From: the human T2T-CHM13v2.0 reference genome, Homo sapiens
DNA: 64,000 nucleotides
Assembly: GCF_009914755.1 (NCBI RefSeq)
Contig: NC_060925.1
Direction: 5' to 3' (one strand)
Both the position numbers and the translations under genes were made by a program. Positions 1 through 14,465 of this stretch are shown one piece after another. Numbering within the stretch: the first letter of the stretch is position 1; each line of letters starts with the position of its first letter. The notes below the pieces were generated by a model, which did not search any database, was not told where the DNA came from, and worked only from the letters and a program-made list of their open reading frames with translations.

Positions 1-467
1 ACCCCCTCCAAAACTAGAATGACGTATTTCACTTAATGTAATGTCCTCCAGGCTTATACATGCTGTTGCACATGACAGGATCTCATCCCTTTTTATAGCT
101 GAATAGTATTCCACTGTGTATATATACCACATTTTCTTTATCCATTCTTCCATTAATGGGCATTTAGGTTGATTCCACATCTTGGCTATTGTGAATAGTA
201 CTGCAATAAACATGGGAGTGTAGATGTCTCTTTGATATTCTAATTTCATTTTCTTTGGATATATACCTAGTAGTGGGATTGCTGAATCATACAGTAGAGC
301 TACTTTTAATTTTTTGAGAAACTTCCATACTGTTTTCCATAATAGCTGTACTGATTTACATTCCCACCAACAGTGTGTAAGAGTTTCCCTTTCTCCTCAT
401 CATCACCAGCATTCATTATTTTTTGTCTTTTTGATAATAGCCATTTTAACTGGGGTAAGATGATATC

Positions 468-778
<311 letters not shown>

Positions 779-831
779 CAGGATGATATCTCATTGTGGT
801 TTTGATTTGCATTTTTCTGATGGTTAGTGAC

Positions 832-1191
832 TGATATGGTTTGGCCATATCCCCACTCAAATCTTGAATTGTAGCTCCTATAATTCCCATGTGTTGTGGG
901 AGGGATCCAGTGAGAGGTAACATAATCATGAGGGTGGGTCTTTCCCATGCTGTTCTAATGATAGTGAATAAGTCTTAAGAGATCTGATGGTTTTATAAAT
1001 GGCAGTTCCCCTGCACACGCTGTCTTGCCTGCTGCCAGGTGAGACATGACTTTGCTCGTCCTTTGCCTTCCACCATCATTATGAGGCCTCGCCAGCCAAG
1101 TGGAACTGTGAGTCCGTTAAACCTCTTTTTCTTTATAAGTTGCCCAGTCTCTGGTATGTCTTTATGAGCAGCATGAGAACAGACTAACACA
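832..1191 (+). mobile_element. THE1 (ERVL-MaLR) solo LTR
   Basis: TGATATGGTTTGG...CAGACTAACACA termini; 5-bp TSD gtgac/atgac. Confidence 0.92.
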
Positions 1192-3222
1192 ATGACATTG
1201 AGCATTTTTTCATGTACCTGGTGGCCCTCTGTATGTCTTCTTTGGAGAAAAGACTACTCAAGTCTTTTGCCCATTTTTAAATCAGATTATGTTTTTTACT
1301 AATGAGTTGAATTCCTTATAAATACTGGATATTAATCCCTTGTCAGGTGTATAATTCACAAATATTTTCTCCTATTCTGCAGGCTGTCTGTTCACTTTAC
1401 TGATTTGTTTCCTTTGCTATAAAGAAGCTTTTTGGTTTGATGTAGTCCCAATTGTTTATTTTTGTTTCTGTTGCTCATGCTTTTGAGGCCTAGTGTAAAA
1501 ACATCCCTGCCCAGACTGATGTTGTGTAGTGTTTCTCCTGAATTTTCTTCTAGTAATTTCATAGTTTTGGGCCTTACATTTGAATCTTTAATTTATTTTG
1601 AGTGGATTTTTATATAGTAAGAAATAGGGGTCAAATTTCATTCTTTTGCATGTTGATATTCAGTCTTCCAAGTGAAATAAGCTAGGCACATTAAGACAAA
1701 TACTACACAATCTCACTCATACATGAAATCTAAAAAACTTGATCTCATAGAAGTTGACAGTAGAATAGTGGTTACCAGAGACTGGGAAGAATGTGGGAAT
1801 GGAGGAGATGGGAAGAGGTTGGTCAATGGGAACAATGTTACAGTTAGGAGGAGTAAGTTCTGGTGTTCTGTTTGTGGAGTAGAATGACTATAGCTAATAA
1901 AAATGTATTGTATATTTCAAATAGCTAGAAGAGAGGATTTTGAATGCTCTCACAGTAAAGAAATGATAAATGTTTAAGGTGATGAATATGCTGATTACCA
2001 TGATTTGATCATTACACAATGTATACATGTATCAAAACATCACGCTGTACCCCATGAATATGTACAATTATTATGTGTCAATTAAATAAATAAATAATTT
2101 GATTATATTCACACACAAAAAAATATTGTAATGAAAGACAAGTCTAAGATGAGAGTGTATCTTACAAAAAAGTATAAGATTGTGTTTGGCTGGAAACTAC
2201 TTAATGTGATTGTGGAGAAAGTAAAATAAAAACAGAAATAAACAGAGTAGAGAATGGCAGTTCTAATGTGGAAATGCCAAACCATTTCTGCTCTGCCCTC
2301 ACACCCTCCTTAGAAAAATAATTTTCCACAGTCTGTTGGTATTCAACAACCCTTTTCTCTCCAGCTCCAAATGACTGGACCAAGAGTGGTTTGTGACACC
2401 AAAGAAAGTAAATCATAGGCCAAGCCAAGGCAATCAGATGTGGGAGAGAGTTTAAAGTAGAGGTACCAAGACTGAGCTTCCAGGATTGGACACTTGATCT
2501 GAAGGTCATGTGCATTGGAGATAAAATTGTTGTTTTCTGCTATATGCATGCCACAGCAGAAAATGTGGGGCTGCAGAAGCTGGAGAATGGTGCAGACACA
2601 CTGCAAGAAGCACAGGAGAACAGAAAGAATGAAATCAATCCCCAACTGTCCAGATGTCAATTGAGTTCCTTGCAGAGCTGAACTAGTCTCTTTGGCTATA
2701 TAGTCTATGACATACCCCTATAGTCTCTCATTAAATGCCCCTATTTTAAGTTCAAGTTAGTCTCAGTAGGTTCCTGTTTTCTGCAAGCAAACAATTCTTG
2801 TCTAAGTCATATAGAAACAAGAATGATGTTGTGATTGCAGATCCAAATCATTTCAATTGAAATAATCATTAAGACATAGGTCATAAACAATTCTCATAGT
2901 CTCATAATCTCAGATGTTTTACAGACTGACACAGAACATGAGTTATAAAAGAAGTAAACTTGCGATTGTAGCATAGGATGGAGAACATGCTTTCATAGGA
3001 AGCAACAGAAAGAACTTGGTGGGAACGAATAAGAAAGAGCAAAGATGGGGCTTTAAATATTCAGACATTTACTAAGGATTTCATTCAGCTAGTATAATTC
3101 TTGATTAACTTTGGCTTCACTGACAATGCCATCTTCAAAAGAGATGAAATAACTAGAGGAACTTCCACTCTGAACCTAAGTCTTACAGACAAGGAGAGGT
3201 TTGTTGGTGAAATGAAACTAAT

Positions 3223-3522
3223 GGGCTGGGCACAGCGGCTCATGCCTGTAATCCCAGAACTTTGGGAGGCTGAGGCAGTGGATCATTTGAGCCCAGGAGG
3301 TCAAGACCAGCCAGGGAAACATGGCGAAATCCATGTTTACCAAAAACAAACAAACAAACAAAACAACAAAAATTAGCCAGGCATGGTAGCGTGCGCCTGT
3401 AGTCCCAGCTACTAGAGGGGCTGAGGTGGGAGGATCACCTGAGCCCTGGGAGGTGATCAAGGCTAGAGTGAGCAATATACCACTACACTCCAGCCTGAGC
3501 AACGAATGAGACCCTGTCTCAA
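3223..3522 (+). mobile_element. AluJ
   Basis: Diverged dimeric Alu with the J-type ttgagcccaggag motif. Confidence 0.9.
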
Positions 3523-3523
3523 A

Positions 3524-3595
<72 letters not shown>

Positions 3596-3617
3596 GGAAA
3601 AGAAAAGAAAAGAAAAG
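3523..3617 (+). repeat. (AAAG)18 microsatellite plus (GAAAA)n, derived from the Alu tail
   Basis: Perfect AAAG units 3523-3594 counted directly. Confidence 0.97.
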
Positions 3618-4135
3618 ATGATGTCCTAGGAGAAAACTGTCCCTGGATGATCAGCAGGGAAAGAAAAACTGAATACAGTTGAAGTTTTAAAAGCCTGAGA
3701 TTGAACTACAGAAGAAAATGTGATTCAGTGGCAAAAGACTCTTGAAGGAAATGACGCTCAAGAGATTAAAATGAAATTCTATGTTATTTCTCCATAAGGA
3801 GGAAAGGGAGGAAGAATCTAGAGAAAGCAATGTAACTACATAGCCTACCTTCTCACAAACTCATATATATACAACCTAACTATGTACATATTATGGAAAA
3901 AAGAGATCAATGAACAAGGAAAAATAAAAGAATGGCATCAACTTATACATAGAGTTATATGCAGGCTAACACCTCAATGCTACCGATTGTAAAAAAAAAA
4001 AGTGCTAAAGTTAAAAAAATGGTTTATATTTATGTGTGGATCAGGATTACAATGGAGCTAATAGTAGTTTATGAATACCAAAAAAAAATCTTTGTCTCTT
4101 TTATTTCTTTCTTCTCAGTAAAGGTGAATGGCATT

Positions 4136-4935
4136 TGTCTTGGTTTTGTGTGTGTTGCTATAACAAAATACTTGAGGCTGGATAATTTATAAAGAAAAGA
4201 GTTTTTGTTTAGATCATGGCTCTGAAGGCAGGGAAGTTCTAGGGCATGACCCTGGATTCTGGAGAGCCAAAGTTAGGAGTGACAGGGTATCTGGTGGAAG
4301 AAATTTCTAAGCAGTAAAGCACTCAAGAAGTGGCGGGGGTATTTTAATAGCTTACATTCAGTTATGGCAGCAAAAGATTGACCTTCAAGTGAAATTTGAA
4401 ACAGAGGGTAAGTAAAAGAGAAACAGAGGGTAAAAATTTGGAAAATTTGTTGCCTAGCCATATGTTAGAGAATGAAAGAGTATTTTCAGGAGAGAAATCT
4501 GAGGATGTATCTGAACAACCATTTACTAAAGAGATCAGTATGGCTAAAAGGGAGCTTGTGTTGGTCTATTTTCTGCAGATATAACAGAATATCACAGATT
4601 GAGTAATTTATAAAGAAAAGATATTTATTTGGCTCATGATTCTGCAGGCTAGGAAGTCCACAATCTAGGGGCCACACTGGGTGAGGGCCTTCTTGCCACA
4701 TCAAAACATGGCAAAAAGCATTACATGATGTGAGAGGGCCATAGAGCACAAGACAGAGAAAAAGGGAGTCAAACTCCTGCAATAACTAAGCTGCTCTTGT
4801 GATAATAGCATTAATCCAATTATGAAGGCAGAGCCCTCATGATGTAATCACCTCTTAAAGGTCCCACTTCTTAATATCATCACAATGACAATTAAATGTC
4901 AACATGAGGTTTGGAGAAGATATTCAAACTATAAC
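4136..4935 (-). mobile_element. MST/MLT1A-type MaLR: partial LTR (4136-4270), internal fragment (4271-4555), full LTR (4557-4935)
   Basis: gtaatttataaagaaaag MaLR LTR motif twice; internal ggtatctggtggaagaaatttctaagcag motif; terminal caaactataaca. Confidence 0.78.
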
Positions 4936-5774
4936 AGATCCCAAGCACTTTTTCCAATTGAATCCATTAAACATACTCTTTACCAGGCATTGTAATGAAC
5001 AGAAGGAAGAAGGAACGAAACAGATAGTTCGTGCTCTTATAGATCTTTTACTTGACTCTGTCCATAGCCCTCTTCCAAAAACATTTAAATGATTTTTGTG
5101 AGTGTTTGGAAAATACACTTATTAAATTTGTATATGACATGCAGATAAGAAAAATAACAGATCCAGCAGATGATGAAATTGGCATCCCAAGGGATCTTGA
5201 AAGGCTAGCATATGGATTAAGTCAAATAATATTAAGTATAATAAGAATAAATGTTAAGATTCTTCCCTTTAAACAAAACAAAATAAAACACAATGTTCAC
5301 CACAGATATATAGGTTGAAGGGAAATATAGTTTAGCAACAGATGATGTAGAAAATTATCCAAAGGTTTTGGCAGAAAACTCAACATGACTAAACAGTGTA
5401 ATTGGCTGAAAAAAGAAAAAAATACAATTTTTAATTGTATGAACAAAACATATCCTAGAAAGGGTGAGGAAATAGGCTGACTGTATCCTGTATTTGTGGT
5501 CTAGGTGCCACCCTTATGAGTAATACAGGTGATGTGTAAAAGAAATTAGCCAGAATGGGGACAGCTCCTGAGATTGCAGAAGGAACAGCAGAAAGAAATG
5601 GAATTGTTTATCCCTGAACAGTCTCATTAGGGATAGCATAGGTGTCTTCAAATATATAAGGCTGTTCTGTGCCAGAGGGTCTACACTAGTTCTATATGAT
5701 GCCTAGAAGCAGAGCTAAGAAAAAGGAATAAAAAGTCAAGTGAGCCAGATTCAGCTCAAATTAAGTGCAAACTA

Positions 5775-6250
5775 TATTGTCCAAATCTCTTGCCACGGCC
5801 TATGAGCTCCACAGGATCTTCCCTGGGCTCTCTCTGTAGCTACATCTCTACTTCTCACCTACCCACTCGCTACACTTCATCCATTGTCCTTATTCCTATT
5901 CCTCAAACTCACCAAATCCAATCCCACCTCAAAGTCATGCACTTGTTCTCACTGTCTAAAAAACTTTTCTTCCAGATGTGCTCAGAGCTGGCCTCTTCTC
6001 ATCATCAAGGCCCTCGATATCAAAGAAATTGTTTATGCGAGGCCTTTCCTGGTCACCCTATTTAAATTAGTATCTCCAATCACTTTCCAACACAACTCAG
6101 TACTTTATTTTATTTTAGCATTTACCACTATATAATATTATCTTTATGAGGGGATATGGATTTTAGAGTCTTGCTCACTATTGAATCCCCAGTCCCTAGT
6201 GTAATGCCTGAAACATAGTTGTTTAGTAAATATTGGTTGAAAGAATGAAT
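5775..6250 (+). mobile_element. L2 3' end
   Basis: Pyrimidine-rich L2 body ending agtaaatattggttgaaagaatgaat. Confidence 0.65.
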
Positions 6251-7699
6251 ATAAACGACAGCAATATCTCCCAAGATAAATGTTTGAGTGCAGACTAAAA
6301 GCTCATTGGGAGGGTTGTGTAGAGGGGATTCATGCATAAATTGAGGACAATCTTAAAGTCTTTTTCAGTACTGAAATTCTATGATTAAGTACTAAATTGT
6401 GAAACACATTATAATTATACTATCAGTTCAGAGAGATATGGTTAATAAAACCCAGAACAGTCAAGAAGCCTTTAATGAAGAGGTGGAAATTGAGGGCTCT
6501 TCAAGGATGGGTACAATTTGGACAGCTGGAATGGGAGGGAAAGGATTTCTAGAAGGAAGGACTGGCGTGAGCAAAGTCTCAGAGGCAGACCTAAGTACCA
6601 TACAAGGAGAAGACTGTAATGAGCTAGGCTTGACAAGAGGAGAGAATGTGGATTGGGAAATTGAGAAAAATGAGATAGACAGGTAGAGTGGGGCTGCAAT
6701 GCAGGTAGGACCTCAAAACCAAGCAATGAATTAAACTCAGTGAGCAAACTGAAAATTCTTGAGGAGATAGATGAACACCATGATTTCATGCCTAAATTAA
6801 TAATATCTATAGTTATTTCCATAATAAGAACCTAATATATAGTAGGTGCTCAATAAATATTTGCTTATTTATCATAAAATGATCATATTATTGAACATCG
6901 GCAGGCTATCTGCAAGCCTGCGTAAGAATGAAAATGAATTTGCATATACTCTGTCAGTCAGATTCCTTTGTCATCAGTGTCCTGCAGGTAGCTGGCTCAT
7001 CATGTTCAGGTGGAAAAGATGTCCTCTACTGTAAATAGACAGCATCTGTGACCTATGACTATGACCCTATTAGAATCACGCTCCATACAGACCAGTTGCT
7101 ATAACCTGATATACGAGGGAGTGCCATATTGAGATTTAAATGTCTTATCCATCTCACCAGCACTTACATAAATGTCGTCTTTTCCAATTAATCACTTTAA
7201 AATTGAATGCAGCCAAATGAATGTAGTTCTTTTGAGTTAATCACTTTAAAAGCCCATACCCTAGTCTCATTTTTTTCCACCCTTTCTGACAGTTCTCTTT
7301 AGAAAAGGCTTTCAGAAGCCCCATACCAGCCAAACAAGAAAAATGTCTCATCACTCTGTAGGCAGTGTGTTGCCACGTAACTCTTGCCATGTAACTCTCT
7401 GCCAAACACCCTTTAAAGCATCCACTCAACTCCTTGCCTTAAGCAGCGATGATTAGAGATCAACATCCAGGCTTTCCCTAGCCCCACTACACTCTCTCTT
7501 CCTTGTTAACTGGCCTCTCTTTTCTTCTCTTTCCACATGCCCGATTTATTTCTAATATTGCTTGATTGTTTTCCCGTTGTTTCCCCATATTTTTTGCAAA
7601 GCTCTTTGAAGGAAATGTTAAATATATTAGTGTTATTTGAATCAATTAAATATGACATCCCATGAGAACCCAGTTGGATTTGGGTGGTAGCAGAGTACA

Positions 7700-7890
7700 A
7701 GATAACAGCTCTGGAATCACACAGCGTGGGTGAAAACCTAGCTTTGTCAACCTTGAGCAATTACCAGCTGTGTGACCTTGAACAAATTACTTAACCTCTC
7801 TAAGCCAGTTTCTAAACTGAAAAACAAGAATGTTAATAATAGGCATTAAGGCAATCTATGTAAAACAGTTCAGTGCCTAGCACATAAAAA
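7700..7890 (+). mobile_element. MIR
   Basis: Core tgtgtgaccttgaacaaattacttaacctctctaagcc. Confidence 0.7.
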
Positions 7891-8330
7891 CTTTATCTTC
7901 CATTTTTAACTGGCAGGACAACAATAAATATTAACTATATTAATTAATCATATTAATTCAGAAGTTGAGGGAAAGCAAATGCTCTGTCTGTACCACATTC
8001 TAACAAGTACTCAATTCCATGAAGAAATCAGTCTAAGAGACTGGTAGAAATAAAGGAACTGAGAGTGCTATTTATTGAAATTGTTCCCTTTCTCCATGGT
8101 GATAGTGTTTTCTCAATAACAGACAAATAGATAAAAAACAATCTTTTTCTTACTTTATCTCATACTTGACGAATGAAGAGGAAATAAATAGAAGAAATCT
8201 TCTCAAGGAAGAGGAAGCTACAAACACAAGCCCGAATGCCTTATAAACATCCATGAAGTTCTTTGCAAATGCTGTCAGTATGAACAAAAGTTTCTGCTAT
8301 AACATTAACAAGCAGATTAAAGGGTGCTGC

Positions 8331-8333
<3 letters not shown>

Positions 8334-8361
<28 letters not shown>

Positions 8362-8638
8362 GAGTCTTGTTCAGTCGCCCAGGCTGGAGTGCAGTGGTTG
8401 CGATCTCGGCTCACTGTAAGGTCCGCCTCCCGGGTTCACGCCATTCTCCCGCCTCAGCCTCCTGGGTAGCTGGGACTACAGGCGCCTGCCACTAGGCCTG
8501 GCTAATTTTTTTGTATTTTTAGTAGAGACGGGGTTTCACCGTGTTAGCCAGGATGGTCTCGATCTCCTGACCTCGTGATCCGCCCATCTCGGCCTCCCAA
8601 AGTGCTGGGATTACAGGCGTGAACCACCGCACCTGGCC
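8334..8638 (-). mobile_element. AluY with (ATT)n tail
   Basis: Y diagnostics (gttcacgccattc, accgtgttagccaggatggtctcgatc); TSD ggtgctgctgt at 8323 and 8640. Confidence 0.94.
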
Positions 8639-9318
8639 AGGTGCTGCTGTAATTATTTACAGAGCAAACACACATGACACCACGTGAATAGGGTTTTAGA
8701 ATTTTAAATTACAGTCCCGGCACTTTACAGCCTCAGACAATTTTCTTAAATCCTCAAAGCCTTGATTTCCTCATCTGTAAAATGGAGAAAATTAAGAAAA
8801 ATAATATGTATAAGGTTCTTACACAAGATAAACAGGCAGTATTATAATGCATCCCTACCCTCTTAGGGCAATGTTCGCTGAATAAAATTGTGTGTTCTGA
8901 TCAGGGTTTCTAGGCTGCAACATCTGAAGTGTACATGGTGCTTTAGTACAAATGAAGACTTTGTATCTGGGTATTAGGCAGTCAAGTGTTCAATAAATAT
9001 TTGGTCATTTGTTTTGGCTTTAATGGAAGTACTTTGTGTATGCAATCGCTAGTCCAGGATCTTCTTCATTACCTTTGTAGATAGGGAAGCCACCAGTTTG
9101 CTAGGTCTGCAGTATCCTAATCTAATCCCAAGATCCTATCTCTTCCATTCACCACTGTTTTTATTCATTTCCTGTAATATCAGGAAGTTTCTGGTGGTTT
9201 GGCAGGAAAGCTAGCCACAGAAGACAATCTTTTCAATATACCTGGACTGTCTTAAGCTTCCCCTATGTTCGAATTATCACTGTATGGCTGAGAGGTGTTT
9301 AAAGCAGAATTGAAGGAG

Positions 9319-9575
<257 letters not shown>

Positions 9576-10415
9576 CAGAATTGAAGGAGAGGTATAATTT
9601 AAATGGTTATCCTAAATAATAGATTGATATCAATGTCATATATCTACAACCTTCTGGAAAGGGGACTGCTTCCTTTTGTTTTCATTTTGGGTGAAAAGAT
9701 TGCTGATTCATGAGTGGGCTGTGAGCTCTGACTTTAGAGATAGAGCTGGTCTCGGCCACTCTGGATCAGCCAAATGATGAGCGAGAGGTAAGGGGCAAAG
9801 GAAGAAAATGGCAATCCCACACTTTGATGTATGAGCCAGGGAGGTAGTTTTTCCTCCCAGAGGTGTTAGACAAAGATTTTAACAATGGGACAATTTGTCT
9901 CTGGGGTAGCTGGTCCTAGAGAGCAGGAAAAGGAGCTATAAAAATCCAGCTACTTTTGCCACAGGCAAAATAATTTGTCCCCACCATCAGAAAAACAAAA
10001 ACAAAACACTGGTCAGATTTCATGACTAATTTACTGTAATATCCAGTAGCTCACGACCATATGCAGATAAGGGTTTAACCAGTCTCCTGATGACTCAGGT
10101 CTACACACCTCTGTGAGATGGAGCAGTGTCTGGTGACCAAGGAGAGACTGGTACATGCTGCAAGCCAGTTGTTTCCCTATATCCAAAAAGTCAGACTTGC
10201 AGCCAACCTCAGTCCATTCCTCGGCCCAGTAGGAACGGAGGCAGGCCAGTCCAACCATCTTCCCATCAGGGCTCTGCAAAAAGACACCCGAGTGGCTGAA
10301 CAAGTTGTCCCTGTGTCTGTGTCTGCACTTTAGGAATGGCTGCAGCTGCTCTTTGGTCTTCACTCAGCAGGTTTATACAGAGTGAAGGCAACATATAAGA
10401 AGCAGGAAGTCTTAA

Positions 10416-10683
10416 GCCAAGGCAGGAGGATGGTTTGAGCCCAGGAGTTTAAGATCAGCCTGGGCAACATAGTGAGACCTTGTCTCTACAAAAAAAAAAC
10501 CAAAAAATTTTAAACCAGCTGGGTATGGTGGTGCATGCCTGTAGTTCCAGTTACTTGGGAGGTTAAGGCAGGACTGGAGTCCAGGTCATTGAGGCTACAG
10601 TGAGCCATGATCACGCCATTGTACTCCCATCTTGGGCGACAAAGCACAGTTCTGTCTCAAAAAAAAAAAAAAAAAAAAAAAAA
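10416..10683 (+). mobile_element. AluJ, 5'-truncated
   Basis: Alu arms and long A tail. Confidence 0.88.
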
Positions 10684-13370
10684 CAGAAAAAGAAAAAGCA
10701 GCAGGATGCCTTGGCAAACAATGACAACAGCAGAGAAGTGACAAATGACAGGGTGGAAAGACAGAAGAACTCTTAACAGCACAGCTGTCTGGAGCCATTT
10801 AACATTGGGTGAACGGCCCTGTGGACCTTAGTGGCTCCTGAGGGCATGGCAGTATTACAGAATTGAACAATGATTGATGTTCAAAGTGAGTCATCGAGAA
10901 AAGGTCAAATTGTGTTCCGAATATTTCATTTAAGAAGGCAACATACTACGTAAAACATTTTGGAAAAATCACTTTCTAAAATAAAATTTTTAAATTGGCA
11001 TTTAAGTTTAGGTTATAATATGTTGACAATTAATAGTACCACCACTTAATATATTAGATAGACTACATTATTAAAAATCCCCATCCAGAAAGAATTGATT
11101 TTTACTTATATGTTCTTATTGATATATAAGTATATTATACACACATATATACATTCACACATGCACACATGGCCACACAGTGTGTATTTTTTAATCGAAT
11201 CTCACCACTGGTTATTTTATTAAATAGATCTCATATCTTCCTACTTCTTCCAGGACTTGACACCATTATTTATCTCCTCCCACTTCTTCGGCCACTTGCT
11301 CTTTATTAGATCTTTCTCTTTACCACATAAACATGTTCAAGGCTCTCCCACCTTGAAAAGAAAACAAACAAAAAACCTGCCTGGGTTCTATAGCACCACA
11401 CCCTATCCTAGAACTGACCTATACCTCTCTTTCCCTTCACAATCAAACTTGTAGGAAAAGCTCTCAATCTTGTGGCCACCTCTCCAATGACTCTTGTCTT
11501 GCTAATTTCCAGTGCTTTAAAAAAAGAAAAAAAAAGATTTGTTTGTATCCTTTGCCCATTGGCCTGTGTCCCTTTCTTAAGCCAGACTCTCCTCCACATC
11601 CCTGAGATTCTGCTTTACCTTATTTTATTTCTTCCTCTGACTTACCTGGGTCTCCTTTCAAGTTTCTCTTTCTCTGTCTGAACTCTAAATGTCAATACTT
11701 CTCTAGGTTTTATCTTTGGATCTCTTCTCACTTGAAATATTTTCCCTGGGCAATCTTATCCACTATCATGATGGCACCCATATTATATTTCTGACAAAGT
11801 TCTCACTGGGGGTGTGTGTGTCTGCATGCACATGCATGTGGATGTGAAAAACCGTGTAGTAAATACCTCCACCTAGATGACACTGAAAACATACCATATC
11901 CATGACTCCTATCTGCTCATCAGAACAGCCCCTCCTTGAGCTTCCCTTTCTGGGAACCATTAATCCAGTAACCCTGCTTTGGAGACATATGGACTTTTTT
12001 TTTCATTCATTCATTCATTCATTCATTCATCCAAACAATCACCACCACCGCTTGATTGTGCCTCGTTAACATCTCAAATCTATTCCCTCCAGCTTGCCTC
12101 CTATGTGCTGCTTTATCTGTGTTTTGAATCAGGAAATGTCTTTAGTCTCCACCTTCATGCATCAGTTCTCTTTGATTCCTGGACGTTTTGCCTCTGCTTC
12201 TTTGCTCCTCTTTGGTATTTGAGACTTGGTTACCCAGCTCTCCCAATCTGCCTCACTACCACTCTTTTGGAACTCTGGAAGATTTACTCTCACTCACAGT
12301 CTAGGCCACAAGGCCTGGTCCTGGTGTACAGTCCAAGGACCACTTCTCCTCTATTCTTACCAATGCCCCTCCCTCAATAAGGACAAGAGAAACAGGAAAA
12401 TTTCTCCCAACTGAGGACAGCCCCCTACAAACCATCACTCAACCATAAATAATTATTAGTCTACATTGGAAGTGTTGGTTCTTTTGTTGGCCTCTGCCTT
12501 ATGCTCTAAAGCTTTTGTCTATTGGCTTTAATATCCAGATCATCTATGAGTCTGCTTCTATTGCCTGCCTTTTCTCTTTATTACTGGCCACATTTTATTG
12601 CCTTGTCCCATATCTACTAGTTTTTTATTATGTGTCAGACATAGGGTATAAAAAAATGTGAAGATTCCAAATGCTATCTTCTACAGAGAGGGTTCTCCCT
12701 TTCCTCTGTTAGGCAGAGAGGGTAAGGAGTTGGTCATTTTGATTACATGAGAAATTGATACAACAAGAAACTGTGTTGAGTGTGAGCTGCATTTTTATTA
12801 AGACTTTCTCTACCTCTAATTTGCTCCTATTCTAGAGCATGTTCCTTCTGGGCTTGTGATTGTGAGCCCTGGAGTCTTCATCTCCTCAGCCCTGAAAGAC
12901 TGCAGGAGATCCAGCTCTGTCCTTCAGAAGTTCCAGCCTAGATCTTTAGCCCTCTGTCCCTCATAGCTTCAATACTTGGCAAATGTCTTAAGAAAAAACT
13001 GGAGGTGTATGTAAGGGAAGGTCTCCAGGGGACCTGTTTCCTAAGCATCACAAGACAATGAGAGATAGATTTCACTCTTTTAAAAGTTCTTGCCCTAGTT
13101 TCATATCCCTCTGTGCAGTACCAGAATTCAGCAAATATGTTACGGGAAAATCAGTCATGTGTTTGAGTTGCCTTCTTCCTATTTGTCACGTCATCCCTTT
13201 ATAACTGTCAAGAACTTTACTGGTTTTTCTTTGTCCCAGCAGAGATTCTCTGTGTAGGCAAATCCTTCAACCCACACTCAGGATTGGCATATATCTGGTG
13301 AAAAAATATAAGATAGTGTCAGCTCACTTTGGCAAGGATTCTACTCTATCTGGAATTTTGGTTCATCTAA

Positions 13371-13698
<328 letters not shown>

Positions 13699-13824
13699 TA
13701 ACTTGTCATGCGAGTTTTTAATTAATGAATAAAGAGATAATTGCCCCCAGTGAGATAGTAATATTTTACTATGAATTTAATGCTCACCGATAAACAAAAT
13801 ACCTTCAGTTCAAGAAAGAATGTG

Positions 13825-14119
<295 letters not shown>

Positions 14120-14199
14120 TGTGGTCCATATTCAATATTCATTTAATTCTTACAATACCTCTTATGTAGGAGTTCCGATAATGATCAGAAGGCTAGAGA

Positions 14200-14465
14200 T
14201 AGCTACTATTTACTAAGTACTTATTATGTGCCAAGCACCATGCTAAGTATATATAAAAACTCATTTACATATATTTACATATATTAATTCATTTAAACTC
14301 TACAGTAAGCTGGAAGATAGGTATTTCTGTCTTCATTTTCACGAGGAAATCAAGGCTGGGAAAGGTTAAATGACTTGTCTAAGTGCTCAAAGCTGATTAA
14401 TGGAAGAGCTGGGATTCAAACACAGTATGTCTAGTTCCCAGTCTAGATATTTTTCACTGTACTTC
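14200..14465 (-). mobile_element. MIR
   Basis: gaggaaatcaaggctgggaaaggttaaatgacttgtctaag core. Confidence 0.7.

Larger units (their letters stand above)
3060..6387 (+). mobile_element. Fragmented L3/CR1 LINE (endonuclease, RT and 3' end remnants)
   Basis: ORF 3101 (DNAIFKRDEITRGTSTLNLSLTDKERFVGEMK) resembles the CR1 endonuclease. ORF 5052 (LNDFCECLENTLIKFVYD...IPRDLERL) resembles the CR1 RT (INDLDEGIE..LSKFADD...IQRDLDRL). L3-type 3' end aaattctatgatt at ~6375-6387. Interrupted by Alu, MaLR and L2. Confidence 0.72.

Noticed and set aside
11867-11885. CTCF-like ccacctagatgacac (similar partial matches near 18346 and 38870)
   Set aside because: Several mismatches at key core positions.
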